A DNA stretch of 55,119 nt, from positions 1 through 55,119 of IMG/VR virus record IMGVR_UViG_3300021368_001314, one strand, 5' to 3'. A model generated the notes under the pieces. The model was not told the origin of the DNA, made no database searches, and saw only the letters and a program-made list of their open reading frames with translations. Source of the DNA: a virus (Duplodnaviria; Caudoviricetes). Position numbers and translations under genes: made by a program. Position 1 is the first letter of the stretch. The number at the start of each line of letters is the position of its first letter. Shown in pieces: positions 26,185-35,875 of this stretch.

Positions 26185-27075
26185 ATGACGATATGGGCTA
26201 CTAAATACAGACCTACGCTTAGCGAGATAGTAGGGCAGAATGAAATTATTAATGAGGTAACTTCTTTACAACATTTTATTTTTTATAGTCCTCAAGCGGG
26301 TACAGGCAAAACTAGCCTTGCTTTGGCTTTGGCTAAAGAATTAGAGTGGCCTATTCATGTATTCAATGCTAGTAGTAAAAAAACTAGAGGTATTGAGTTT
26401 GTAGAAGAAGAGTTGCTACCTATGTCTAGGACAGGCAACACAAATCAATTCTTTCTTCTTGATGAAGCAGACCAACTAACTCCGGCTGCACAATCAGCAC
26501 TAAAAGGTGTGATAGAAAACTCACAAGGTTACTTTATCCTTACTTGTAATGATTTGAGTAAGGTTAGTAAGTGGCTACAATCTAGGTGCAGAGTTTTAAG
26601 ATTTAACCCTATCTCTAAAGACGACATAGTAAAAAGATTATCTACGATAGCAGGTATAACAGGAACGGTTATTACAGAAGGTCAATTGAATCTGATTGCT
26701 GATGCACATGAAGGAGACTTGAGGAACAGTATCAATGCATTACAGGCATTCTCTGTACACCCCGAACCTAACGCATTCATTAATGGTCTTGTATCACAAG
26801 GTCTTGATGCCAAGCATTTTCTTACGCTATGTTTCCGTGAGAATGATTATAATTTAGCCTTAAAAGAAACATATGGAATACCACCTAGAGAAGTGGTAAA
26901 AACAGTATTCGACTACGCTATTACATCTACCGCAAAAGTAGAAAGCATAATGCGTATCGTAGATGCCGCAGCAATTACCGAAAGGGATTTGATACACGGT
27001 GTCGAGGAAAATATAGCCATAGCAAACTTTGTCCGGTTGTGCATGGAAGGATATACACAAACTTTATATCCGTAA
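26185..27075 (+). CDS. rfcS: Replication factor C small subunit (clamp loader)
   Basis: WATKYRP, GTGKTS, FNASS, LLDEADQL, LQSRC, GDLR motifs. Confidence 0.92.
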   Translation: MTIWATKYRPTLSEIVGQNEIINEVTSLQHFIFYSPQAGTGKTSLALALAKELEWPIHVFNASSKKTRGIEFVEEELLPMSRTGNTNQFFLLDEADQLTPAAQSALKGVIENSQGYFILTCNDLSKVSKWLQSRCRVLRFNPISKDDIVKRLSTIAGITGTVITEGQLNLIADAHEGDLRNSINALQAFSVHPEPNAFINGLVSQGLDAKHFLTLCFRENDYNLALKETYGIPPREVVKTVFDYAITSTAKVESIMRIVDAAAITERDLIHGVEENIAIANFVRLCMEGYTQTLYP

Positions 27076-27080
27076 GAAAA
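27063..27080 (+). promoter_or_regulatory. Class III promoter
   Basis: TTTATATC-CGTAAGAAAA. Confidence 0.6.
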
Positions 27081-27112
27081 ACGGACTAAAAATACAAAAC
27101 GAGGAAACCGAT

Positions 27113-28297
27113 ATGGATGAAACGATGATAAGTAATGTAGCAAAAACAGTAAACGTGGCCGCAGACACCCTGCGGGCTAAGGCTGAATCAGTCTTAGCAG
27201 AACAAGGTGGTGCATGGAAGAATGCAGGTAAGTCTGATGACGACTGCGGTATTCTTGCCTTGAGAGTAGCGGCTAGGATGATTAGTACAGAAAACGCTAG
27301 ACTATCAAGAAGCGGTGCAACTAAATACGAAGGTATGTTTATATCAGTACCTAGACCTAAAGAATGGGGTAAAATCCTATACAATAAAATGGCTAACCAA
27401 CTGAGAACAGCGACAGAAGATGTTCGCAACGTATTAGTAGAATCCGGTGCAGTAGTTATCTTTGAGGATAACCATGATGGTACTTACACTAGACACGCTA
27501 GAGAAGATTTTTACGGTGTAGAAACTGCTGACGTATCTGAATTACCACGACACACACAAAAACTAGATGAGAATACACACTTCTTTGTTGTTTGGGATAA
27601 GAACAACAAGACATTCCCATCCGGTGATGCTAATTTCAAATATGGTCGCCCTAGACCACAAGACGAAAGAGAAAGGACTATGTTATTCTTAGGCCGAAAA
27701 CAGGGTACTACTGATGAGGTAAAACCACTTACTGTTAAGGCAACACAAAAAGGTGCTGATGTACAGTACCCTACCTTTACAACAGGTACTATCGCATTAA
27801 GACCTGCCGCTAACGGTACTACTGCTTACGCTAAAGATGGCGTATCAGTCTTTGAATCAGATGCAGCAGTAGCAGGTATCTTTTCAGCAGACCCATTGAC
27901 TCTTGTACCACAAATTATCGGTCAAGAAAATATGCTTTCCGGTTTAGATAAACTAGGCCAATACTACGATACACATAACGGCAACGATGGATGGTGGGAT
28001 AGAACCTGTGCAACCGTCGCAGAAGTAATACACATAGACCCTAGAGATAACGGCGGATATGTATTAGTATGTGCTGATTTGGATATTTCTTCTACGGCTG
28101 CTACCGTAGATGTTTACATTCCAAGTGAACAAGATTCACTTGTGGACTTCGCTGTTGGTACTAAAGTACTACTTCACGGACAGGCATGGCGAACAAAAGA
28201 AGGAGAGGATAGGATGTCCATCTCCGGTTGGTATGCCTTTGACAAAATAGCAGTCATGGATGAAGTAGTTTCTACTAACGACGGGTGGGATGAGTGA
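27113..28297 (+). CDS. Putative RPA-like OB-fold single-stranded DNA-binding protein
   Basis: N-terminal helical domain, C-terminal OB-like (VDFAVGTKVLLHGQAW), acidic tail, replication context. Confidence 0.5.
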   Translation: MDETMISNVAKTVNVAADTLRAKAESVLAEQGGAWKNAGKSDDDCGILALRVAARMISTENARLSRSGATKYEGMFISVPRPKEWGKILYNKMANQLRTATEDVRNVLVESGAVVIFEDNHDGTYTRHAREDFYGVETADVSELPRHTQKLDENTHFFVVWDKNNKTFPSGDANFKYGRPRPQDERERTMLFLGRKQGTTDEVKPLTVKATQKGADVQYPTFTTGTIALRPAANGTTAYAKDGVSVFESDAAVAGIFSADPLTLVPQIIGQENMLSGLDKLGQYYDTHNGNDGWWDRTCATVAEVIHIDPRDNGGYVLVCADLDISSTAATVDVYIPSEQDSLVDFAVGTKVLLHGQAWRTKEGEDRMSISGWYAFDKIAVMDEVVSTNDGWDE

Positions 28298-28545
28298 AGG
28301 CATTCGGTCATTACGTCTTTCTCCATAACACCATACAGGAGACTGTTGGTGGACTCATTCTTGAAGGCCATCTACAAGTCCTATCCGTAGGCGGTTTAGT
28401 CCCTCTTCACATTGAAGAGGGCTATTCCGTCATGGTGGATGAAGAAAAACTAATCCCTATAACTTCTAATAATACCGGAAAAGAAACTTTCGCTGTACAT
28501 TGGGAAAATATACTAGGTCATTATGACGCAGAAATATGGTTGTGA
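28294..28545 (+). CDS. groES: Co-chaperonin GroES-like
   Basis: MKAFGHYVFL...TVGGLIL...VLSVG...ILG; directly upstream of GroEL. Confidence 0.7.
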   Translation: MKAFGHYVFLHNTIQETVGGLILEGHLQVLSVGGLVPLHIEEGYSVMVDEEKLIPITSNNTGKETFAVHWENILGHYDAEIWL

Positions 28546-28550
28546 GGAAT

Positions 28551-30110
28551 ATGGAAAATATATTACATGGAAAAGAAGCAAGAGACAAGTTACTCTTAGG
28601 GGTAAACAAAGTCGCTAACGCTATCAAAGGAACACTAGGAGCAAATGCGGGTACTGTTATAGTACAGAACCCTGCGGGGCTACCATTAATTCTCAATGAT
28701 GGTGTATCTATCACTAAGTCTGTTACCGACCCCGACCCTTACGTTCAGATGGGAATTAATCTCATGCAAGAAGTGGCTCACGAAGCACAGAGTAAATCGG
28801 GTGATGGTACTACTACTGCTACTATCTTAGCACAGGCATTATGTAATACAATGGCTGATGACGATTCAGATAATATTAAGATAAAAGAAACTCTTAGTAA
28901 TATGTGTAAGTTTATAGTAAATGAATTAAAAGACATGGCTACTGATGTTAATGATGATGACTTACTAGATGTATGTATTGTTGCATCTAATAATGATGAA
29001 GAGTTAGGTACGTTGATACACGAAGCACTTTTAGCCGTAGGCGAAGAGGGTAATGTGATAATAGAAAGCAATTCCGATAACACTACTACATGGTCTTTAA
29101 CCGAAGGTCTTGTTATGGATAGCGGATATGTAAACAAACTCATGGCTAATGCAGATAGAGAAAAATGTATTTATGACAATGCCTCTATACTTTTAACGCA
29201 AGAGAAAATAGACACCTTTAACCACATAGTACCTGCACTAGAATTATCTATGAAAGCAGGTAAACCTTTGGTGGTAGTTTGTCACGATTACAACCCAAGC
29301 ATACTACCTAACTTACTTGTTAATATTATGCAGGGGAAACTAAATGTCTGTATAGTTAAAACGGCAGGTTTCGGTGATACCCAAGACTATTGGCTTGAGG
29401 ATATAGAAGCGAAATGTGGTGGTAAAATATTCAACTCATTTAACAGTATTGTTAAGGTAAAAGAACATGAATTAGGTATATGTGATAAAGTAGAGATAAC
29501 TTCCACTACAACTACCTTCATTAAAGATGGGGTAGACGAGGATTATCTAGAAATGCTAGAGTATAATTTGGGTTTTGCAGTTAATGATTGGGAAACAGAA
29601 ATGATGCAGAATAGAATCGCTAGACTTACTTCGGGTATCGCATCTATCAAGGTAGGTGGAATTACTGACATAGAACAAAAAGAACGTAGAGAACGTGTAG
29701 ACGATGCTGTCAATGCTGCTATACTTGCTAGAAAACAGGGAGTAGTATGTGGTGGCGGTGTGGCACTTAAGGACATTTGGTGGAAAGCCCATCGAACTCT
29801 TGATGACTTAGATTTTTTACCTTCGCAACAGGAGAAGGTAAAGGAGATGGCCGTAGACCAAAATACTTACTTCAATGCTATTCTAGCACCTATGAAACAG
29901 ATTTTATCTAATAGTGGTAGAACAGAAGATAACTACACCTTTGAAGAAAAGGACATGGGTTGGAATGCGGCTTTTAGAAAGGTTGAAAACTTGAGATTCA
30001 ATGGTATTATTGACCCTGTTGGTGTAACTATCAACGCTGTAGAATCCGCTTTCTCTATCGCTATACTACTACTTACTACTGATTGTGCTATAATCGCACC
30101 ACAGGAGTAA
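28551..30110 (+). CDS. groEL: Group I chaperonin GroEL-like
   Basis: NDGVSI, GDGTTTAT, KTAGFGD, IKVGG, RVDDAVNA, GGGVAL, GIIDP. Confidence 0.93.
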   Translation: MENILHGKEARDKLLLGVNKVANAIKGTLGANAGTVIVQNPAGLPLILNDGVSITKSVTDPDPYVQMGINLMQEVAHEAQSKSGDGTTTATILAQALCNTMADDDSDNIKIKETLSNMCKFIVNELKDMATDVNDDDLLDVCIVASNNDEELGTLIHEALLAVGEEGNVIIESNSDNTTTWSLTEGLVMDSGYVNKLMANADREKCIYDNASILLTQEKIDTFNHIVPALELSMKAGKPLVVVCHDYNPSILPNLLVNIMQGKLNVCIVKTAGFGDTQDYWLEDIEAKCGGKIFNSFNSIVKVKEHELGICDKVEITSTTTTFIKDGVDEDYLEMLEYNLGFAVNDWETEMMQNRIARLTSGIASIKVGGITDIEQKERRERVDDAVNAAILARKQGVVCGGGVALKDIWWKAHRTLDDLDFLPSQQEKVKEMAVDQNTYFNAILAPMKQILSNSGRTEDNYTFEEKDMGWNAAFRKVENLRFNGIIDPVGVTINAVESAFSIAILLLTTDCAIIAPQE

Positions 30111-30112
30111 AC

Positions 30113-30142
30113 TATATAACCGTAAGAAAATGAGGTATAAAT
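30113..30142 (+). promoter_or_regulatory. Class III promoter
   Basis: TATATAACCGTAAGAAAATGAGGTATAAAT, nearly identical to 25807-25836; ATG 30143. Confidence 0.75.
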
Positions 30143-31087
30143 ATGACATGGGGAACGCAAGCACCACAAGTAACTAAGACGACAGAAGCACCACAAGGAA
30201 CGGTGTATAACGAAGAATACTACCGTAATATCTTCAAGAACAACAAATCACAATCAGTTGATTTGCGTATGGGATTGGTAGGTTGGGAAAACACCGCTAA
30301 GACAGGACTAGCACTATCTATGATGGATGCAGAAATCAAAGCGGGTAAAAAGGTAGCAGTATTTGATGTAGACAACTCGGCAAAATCTACGGTAGATTAT
30401 ATCTACCCCGATGCTGATAACATCATGGTAATACCACTACACGATGAAACAGACGACTCTATCTTTGATGAAGATAACAATGTAGATTACAAAGCATTAG
30501 TAGATAAGACTAATTGGTTTGTAAACATCCTAGCAGAAGAGGTAGCAGAAAGCCCCGATGATTGGGCGGGTGTTGTCTTTGACGGTGGCTCTACATTCCT
30601 AAAGTGGTGTGAACACGCCATGAGAGCATCACTACTAAGTCGTGGTGTTATTGAAACAGAAGATGGTACTTTTAACCAAAAAGAATGGCGAGAGCGTAAC
30701 CGTATGAACAGAAATGTTTTGACTAGGATTCACGCTTTGCCTGTACCTAAAGTATTCTTTACCTTCCACCTAAAACCTGTACAACAGTACATGGATGACG
30801 GTACAGGTAAAAAAGTACTAATGACAGTCGGTGATAGACCCGATTGGGATAAAGGTACTATGCGTAAGTTTTCGCAGCAGATATTCCTAAATAGATACAT
30901 GAAGAAGGCCGATATAGCAGCAGGTGTCAAGGGCGATAAAACCCTAGCCGATGGCGAGTGGGCTATCAAAGGTACTATCGAGGAAATGAAAGGTAAGAAC
31001 ATGGAATATGTGGGTACAACACATACCATTTTGACCGTAAAAGATGGAAAGGTAGAATGGACAGGGCTACCATTCCTAAATGAGTGA
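30143..31087 (+). CDS. RecA-superfamily P-loop ATPase (AAA_24/Sak4-like recombination protein)
   Basis: GWENTAKT Walker A variant, VFDVD, VVFDG, FTFH. Confidence 0.6.
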   Translation: MTWGTQAPQVTKTTEAPQGTVYNEEYYRNIFKNNKSQSVDLRMGLVGWENTAKTGLALSMMDAEIKAGKKVAVFDVDNSAKSTVDYIYPDADNIMVIPLHDETDDSIFDEDNNVDYKALVDKTNWFVNILAEEVAESPDDWAGVVFDGGSTFLKWCEHAMRASLLSRGVIETEDGTFNQKEWRERNRMNRNVLTRIHALPVPKVFFTFHLKPVQQYMDDGTGKKVLMTVGDRPDWDKGTMRKFSQQIFLNRYMKKADIAAGVKGDKTLADGEWAIKGTIEEMKGKNMEYVGTTHTILTVKDGKVEWTGLPFLNE

Positions 31088-31096
31088 GGTGTTTAC

Positions 31097-31924
31097 GTGG
31101 AATGCGTTGTAGATACCGATTCATTGATTTGGTTATTAAAATGTACACAGCGTAGGCAAACTATTTCCGGTAAAAGTATTCCACAAGTTTCGGCTTGTAT
31201 GTTGAATAGTGTCGGAAGTAGGATGTCTACCTGCTCTTTAACCAAAGATGGTGTATCATCAGTAGGTATATTTTCTATACCTTCATCGGGTGAAGCCAAA
31301 ATCCCTGTTAGCGACATAGAGACTATGTTGGGAGTATTAAAGTATCACGGAAATGCTTTGACTTTGACTTATTCTAATGATAAGTTAAAACTAAGGTCTA
31401 GGTACAAACAAACGACAATTACCGCTTCCGAGAATGCTTTGGCATTCCCACATAGTCCTACCACATTAAATGAATGGTCTGATACGTCTATAACATTTGC
31501 CGGAAAAATAAGTGTAGGTAATGAAGTAGGATATACTATGAATGATGGTACTATGATAAAACCTATATGCACATGGGAATCCGTAGATGCTGTTCGTTTG
31601 TTTGAAGCAGTTAGATGTGATGAAATGAACGGACAAAAACTAAACAACTTTACTTTTACAGGTAGTGAAGAAGGACTTACTGTTGTAGTGGGTAAAGAAC
31701 TAAAGGGTAGGACAGAGTATCACTTAGATAGAAGAGGTACTAGATGGCCTTTCACAGCCACCTATCAAGGCGGCTTCAATAATCTATTTAGTAATATTAA
31801 CGGAAAAGTAAATCTACATTTCTTTGATTTCACTCAATGGAATCAAGGTATCAAAATGCTTATCACATTAGGCGAAGGTGATTTTATTTTCCAATCAGCA
31901 CTACTAGGAGAGGAATACATATGA
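31097..31924 (+). CDS. Putative PCNA-like sliding clamp
   Basis: About 275 aa, two-domain alpha/beta pattern, lies between RFC and PolB. Confidence 0.5.
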   Translation: MECVVDTDSLIWLLKCTQRRQTISGKSIPQVSACMLNSVGSRMSTCSLTKDGVSSVGIFSIPSSGEAKIPVSDIETMLGVLKYHGNALTLTYSNDKLKLRSRYKQTTITASENALAFPHSPTTLNEWSDTSITFAGKISVGNEVGYTMNDGTMIKPICTWESVDAVRLFEAVRCDEMNGQKLNNFTFTGSEEGLTVVVGKELKGRTEYHLDRRGTRWPFTATYQGGFNNLFSNINGKVNLHFFDFTQWNQGIKMLITLGEGDFIFQSALLGEEYI

Positions 31925-32295
31925 GGATGATGTTAAACAAGACTGCTATTCCACTAACGGAAGATGAGGAATATCCTTCTTACTACACCATACCATATCT
32001 AATCGTAGGTGTGCCTGTACCCGAAGAAGGTTTAGATGGTGTTTCCGCATTTACATTTACCGGAAAAGGTGGTGAAAACTATGTGGCTACTGTGAAGGTT
32101 AGACAAGAATTAGACCCGTTGTACCGTAATGAAATATGGTTGAATGCGGAATACATAGAAAAGGAAAGAAGTATGGCTGACATAGCAGAACAATTCGGTA
32201 TTACACCTGCTGCTATCAACCAATGGCTAGTAAAACACGACATCCCAACTAGAGAAAGAGGTAGAAAAAATGATAGTGGAACAAGGAAAGGGTAG
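31921..32295 (+). CDS. HTH DNA-binding protein
   Basis: WLNAEYIEKERSMADIAEQFGITPAAINQWLVKHDIPTR. Confidence 0.75.
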   Translation: MRMMLNKTAIPLTEDEEYPSYYTIPYLIVGVPVPEEGLDGVSAFTFTGKGGENYVATVKVRQELDPLYRNEIWLNAEYIEKERSMADIAEQFGITPAAINQWLVKHDIPTRERGRKNDSGTRKG

Positions 32296-34510
32296 AGAAG
32301 TTATTGTAAGGTATAGAGATGCTAAAGGAAACAGACTCACCGAATCCATCAAAGGCCACTATCCGTACTGTTTTATTGAGACTAGTAATGCCCCTTATGT
32401 AGAGGATTGCGTTAGAAAAGAAGATGGTTACAAAGGTCTTTATGGGGAAGATTTAACTAAGATTGTTGTATCGCATAACTCGGAATTGAGGAATCTATCT
32501 TACTACGGCACTACATGGGAAGCAAATGTACCTTATGTTAATCGTGTACTTATAGATAGGCTAAAAGAAAAAGATGCTGAGCCTTTTGAAAACTATAAAC
32601 ATAGGACTTGGTATCTTGATTGTGAATGGTCGCCCGCAACAAGCCAAATGAGGGTGATAGTAGTTTATGATAATTTTACCGAAAATGAATATGTATGGTT
32701 TGTATGTCCATCTATTAAAGAAGAAGGTTTGGCTGATGGCGAACCTAAAAGATTTGATACATACGGTGATTACGAATACCCTACCCCTGCACTCGGATTT
32801 GGTAGTGAAAGGGATATGCTTATTCATTTCTTGCGACACATGAAAAAACAAGACCCCGATATTATCACAGGTTGGTATGTCGTAGGGGCTGATATAAGAA
32901 CAATAGTAGAGAGATGTAGGGCTTGCGGTCTTAATCCCGCTACACTATCTCCTATGAGAAGAATTAGGTATAAGTTTGGTGATTGGGAGCAACCAATCGT
33001 AGGTAGAAACTGTATAGATTTAATGATAGCATTCTCTAAAATATGGGAATTGAAAAACGGTAAATTACCTTCTTACAAATTAGACGATGTTGCTAGTGAG
33101 GTTTTAGGGGAAAAGAAAGTAGAGTTGCCCGATGGACACGATACTTACTATTCCGACCTTCCTTTGTATGTGCATTATTGTAGACAAGACGTGAGGTTAC
33201 TACCTAGACTTGACTCAAAAGTAAACGCTTTAGATTATTATACTGCGTTACAGCACGTTGTACAATGCGACCTACGTTCTACACCATTTATTACTAAGAT
33301 GTTTACAAGTTTAGCATTGAAGGATGAGAAGTTTGATAAGAGAATACCTACACAACCACAGTTTCCTTACACGCCCTATGATGGGGCTAACGTCTTAGAA
33401 CCCGAAATAGGTGTATATGAAAACGTAGGTATCTTAGATATAAAGGCTATGTACCACAGTAACGTACACAAGTACGGTATATCATGGGACACACTAGACC
33501 CCGAAGGACAGGATTGTGGTAACGGTAGTAAGTTTAACGTAAAAGAAAAAGGTTTATTGTGTAGATTGATGGATGATATGACCTATCTGCGTAATGAAAA
33601 CAAACTTAAAATGCTTATGAGTGATACAGTTGAACAGAAAAACAAATGGGATATAATGCAGTTTGCTTGTAAGTCCCTTGTGGCATCTATGTATGGTGTA
33701 GCGGGTGATTCTAAATATGGTTTTTATCACCCCGAAGTAGCATCTGCTATTACATACACATCAAGGAATACGCTTGAGGAATTGATGTACCACGCAGAAG
33801 ATATAGGGTTCAAGGTTTACTACGGACATACCGATTCTATATTCTGTAACATAGATAAGCCCGAAGATGGTGTAGAAGCACTAAAGAAAATTAACGAAGA
33901 AATGTCTCCAATAGAAACTGAGTTTGAAAAGTGGTGTCCTAGTATGTTGATTATGGCTAAGAATAGATATGCCGGAAAAGTAACTTGGACTGACGGCTCT
34001 TACCATGACCCCAAAACTTATGTTAAGGGAATAGAATTGAAGCAATCTAGGATGCCTAGTGTAATGAAATTGTGTATGAATACAGTCATTGATGGTATCT
34101 TAGACGGTACAGACCAAAACGAAATAACACAAAATATTTCTTCTCTTGTTGATGATGTAGTTAAGGGTAAAGTAGATCCGTCTGACCTATGTATGAAAGG
34201 TAAACTAGAGAAAAACCTAGATGACTATAAGGTCTTATCGGGTTCTGCGGCAGGTGCGGCATGGGCTAATGAATATCTAGGTAAAGGATATAGAAAGGGT
34301 TCATTCTTTAAAGTTACCATAAATGAAAAGGGTAAATACATAGCATTCGATGACCCTTCTGAAATAGAAGGTGTTACAAAAATAGGTAATAAGATTCTTG
34401 CAGAAAGATTTATCTTAAATAAAATAGAACCTTATTACAATTTAGCAAAATGGGATATTCAACCAATACATAATTCTTTACAGGGTATGAGTGGTATGAA
34501 ATGGTTATAG
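32270..34510 (+). CDS. polB: Family B DNA polymerase
   Basis: Exo YLDCE, SYKLDDVA, YCRQDV; pol DIKAMYHS, KSLVASMYG, YGHTDS, KNRY. Confidence 0.95.
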   Translation: MIVEQGKGREVIVRYRDAKGNRLTESIKGHYPYCFIETSNAPYVEDCVRKEDGYKGLYGEDLTKIVVSHNSELRNLSYYGTTWEANVPYVNRVLIDRLKEKDAEPFENYKHRTWYLDCEWSPATSQMRVIVVYDNFTENEYVWFVCPSIKEEGLADGEPKRFDTYGDYEYPTPALGFGSERDMLIHFLRHMKKQDPDIITGWYVVGADIRTIVERCRACGLNPATLSPMRRIRYKFGDWEQPIVGRNCIDLMIAFSKIWELKNGKLPSYKLDDVASEVLGEKKVELPDGHDTYYSDLPLYVHYCRQDVRLLPRLDSKVNALDYYTALQHVVQCDLRSTPFITKMFTSLALKDEKFDKRIPTQPQFPYTPYDGANVLEPEIGVYENVGILDIKAMYHSNVHKYGISWDTLDPEGQDCGNGSKFNVKEKGLLCRLMDDMTYLRNENKLKMLMSDTVEQKNKWDIMQFACKSLVASMYGVAGDSKYGFYHPEVASAITYTSRNTLEELMYHAEDIGFKVYYGHTDSIFCNIDKPEDGVEALKKINEEMSPIETEFEKWCPSMLIMAKNRYAGKVTWTDGSYHDPKTYVKGIELKQSRMPSVMKLCMNTVIDGILDGTDQNEITQNISSLVDDVVKGKVDPSDLCMKGKLEKNLDDYKVLSGSAAGAAWANEYLGKGYRKGSFFKVTINEKGKYIAFDDPSEIEGVTKIGNKILAERFILNKIEPYYNLAKWDIQPIHNSLQGMSGMKWL

Positions 34511-34515
34511 ATAAG

Positions 34516-34546
34516 TATATAACCGAAGGAAAAGGAGAGATAAATA
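34516..34546 (+). promoter_or_regulatory. Class III promoter
   Basis: TATATAACCGAAGGAAAAGGAG, ATG 34547. Confidence 0.7.
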
Positions 34547-34855
34547 ATGTCTAACGCAAGTGATATAAGAGAGTTACAAGAACAACACAAACAATTGACT
34601 AACGGTGTGGTGCAAGCCTTTGAACAAGTTAGTTTTGACTATATGAAACTACAAACAATGTTTTTCGCATTGTTGAATGATTTAGGAAAAACAGATACAT
34701 TATATTGTGCTAAATGTGATGAAGAGGTTCTACGGCCTATACTAAAAGATATACCTTTGGAACAATGTTGCCCTATGTGTGGTGATGAGTTGAGTATTCA
34801 TATGCACCAAACAAGTGTAGAAGATTGGGATAACGCAAAAATAGAAGAAGAGTGA
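34547..34855 (+). CDS. Coiled-coil plus Zn-ribbon protein
   Basis: CAKC...CPMC. Confidence 0.65.
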   Translation: MSNASDIRELQEQHKQLTNGVVQAFEQVSFDYMKLQTMFFALLNDLGKTDTLYCAKCDEEVLRPILKDIPLEQCCPMCGDELSIHMHQTSVEDWDNAKIEEE

Positions 34856-34859
34856 TTAT

Positions 34860-35723
34860 ATGCAAGCCACACAAGAGCAAATCGCTAATTCCTCATACAG
34901 ACCTATGGAAAAGGAATGGTTGAGAATAAGTAAATCGTCTTTAATGACATATATGATGTGTCCTAGACAATTTTATTGGCGATATGTGGCTGATATACCC
35001 TCTCCACCACCTAGCGAAGAGGCTATTCGTGGTGGTAAAATACACAAAGTTATGGAAGTAGGTCTTTTAGAAGGCTCAGACCAAGTAATGATAGCAGCAG
35101 AAGAAGAGGGCGTGGCCGATGATGTTGGAGTAGATAGCCTCAATATGTTATTACATCAGATAGCACATGACATTGGCGGCTTTGACATAGTAGAAGCGGA
35201 AGTCAAACACCAAGTAGCAGAAAACTATAACGGTAAAAATATTGTTTGGGTAGGTATGATTGACGGTGTAATTAGACACCCTCACGGTGGATTAATTCTT
35301 ATGGAATTGAAAACAGGTAAAATGAATATGGGTAAACTAGGTAGAACAAGAAAGGAATTGGTCTATTACTCACGTTTATTAGAAAAACTAGGTTATGAAC
35401 CAATCACTCACTTTATGTATATATCACCCGACTATGAAATACCCGAAGATGGTAACGATAAGTTATTACTAGAGGGTAACAAAAGGGGTAAGACTTTGTG
35501 GTTAGGAGCAGAGCGTGGTATCGCTATTCTTGAGAAGATAAACAAGCGAAGTATAAATGCTTTCTCGGAATCCTTAAGTAGCACTATTGATACGCTAACA
35601 ATCCAACAATACCCTATGAATTGGAATGACTATTTCTGCCCTTTGTGGTGTGAGTTTAACATGAATTGTGAGTCCGAAATGACGGGTTATGTGGATAATG
35701 GAATAGGTGAATGGAATGAGTAG
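34860..35723 (+). CDS. Cas4-like PD-(D/E)XK exonuclease
   Basis: ISKSSL..Y..CPRQFY, RGGKIH, GMIDG, MELKTG, C-terminal CPLWC...C (Fe-S). Confidence 0.8.
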   Translation: MQATQEQIANSSYRPMEKEWLRISKSSLMTYMMCPRQFYWRYVADIPSPPPSEEAIRGGKIHKVMEVGLLEGSDQVMIAAEEEGVADDVGVDSLNMLLHQIAHDIGGFDIVEAEVKHQVAENYNGKNIVWVGMIDGVIRHPHGGLILMELKTGKMNMGKLGRTRKELVYYSRLLEKLGYEPITHFMYISPDYEIPEDGNDKLLLEGNKRGKTLWLGAERGIAILEKINKRSINAFSESLSSTIDTLTIQQYPMNWNDYFCPLWCEFNMNCESEMTGYVDNGIGEWNE

Positions 35724-35871
35724 AATTAATGTATGTGCGGCTTGTGGGTCTAGCGAAACTTGGATAGATGAAGATATAATGTGGAGAGTAACAGGAGAAG
35801 AAGGGGCAGACCCCGAAGAAATAACCGTAATTACCTGTAAATGTAGTAATAAACAAAAGAAAGAAGAGTGA
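35716..35871 (+). CDS. Small Zn-ribbon protein (51 aa)
   Basis: CAAC...CKC; GGTGA RBS. Confidence 0.5.
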   Translation: MSRINVCAACGSSETWIDEDIMWRVTGEEGADPEEITVITCKCSNKQKKEE

Positions 35872-35875
35872 TTTT

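Noticed and set aside
32270-34510. Intein or intron in PolB (also checked TerL and RFC)
   Set aside because: Lengths are normal and no intein C/S...HN splice motifs interrupt conserved blocks.
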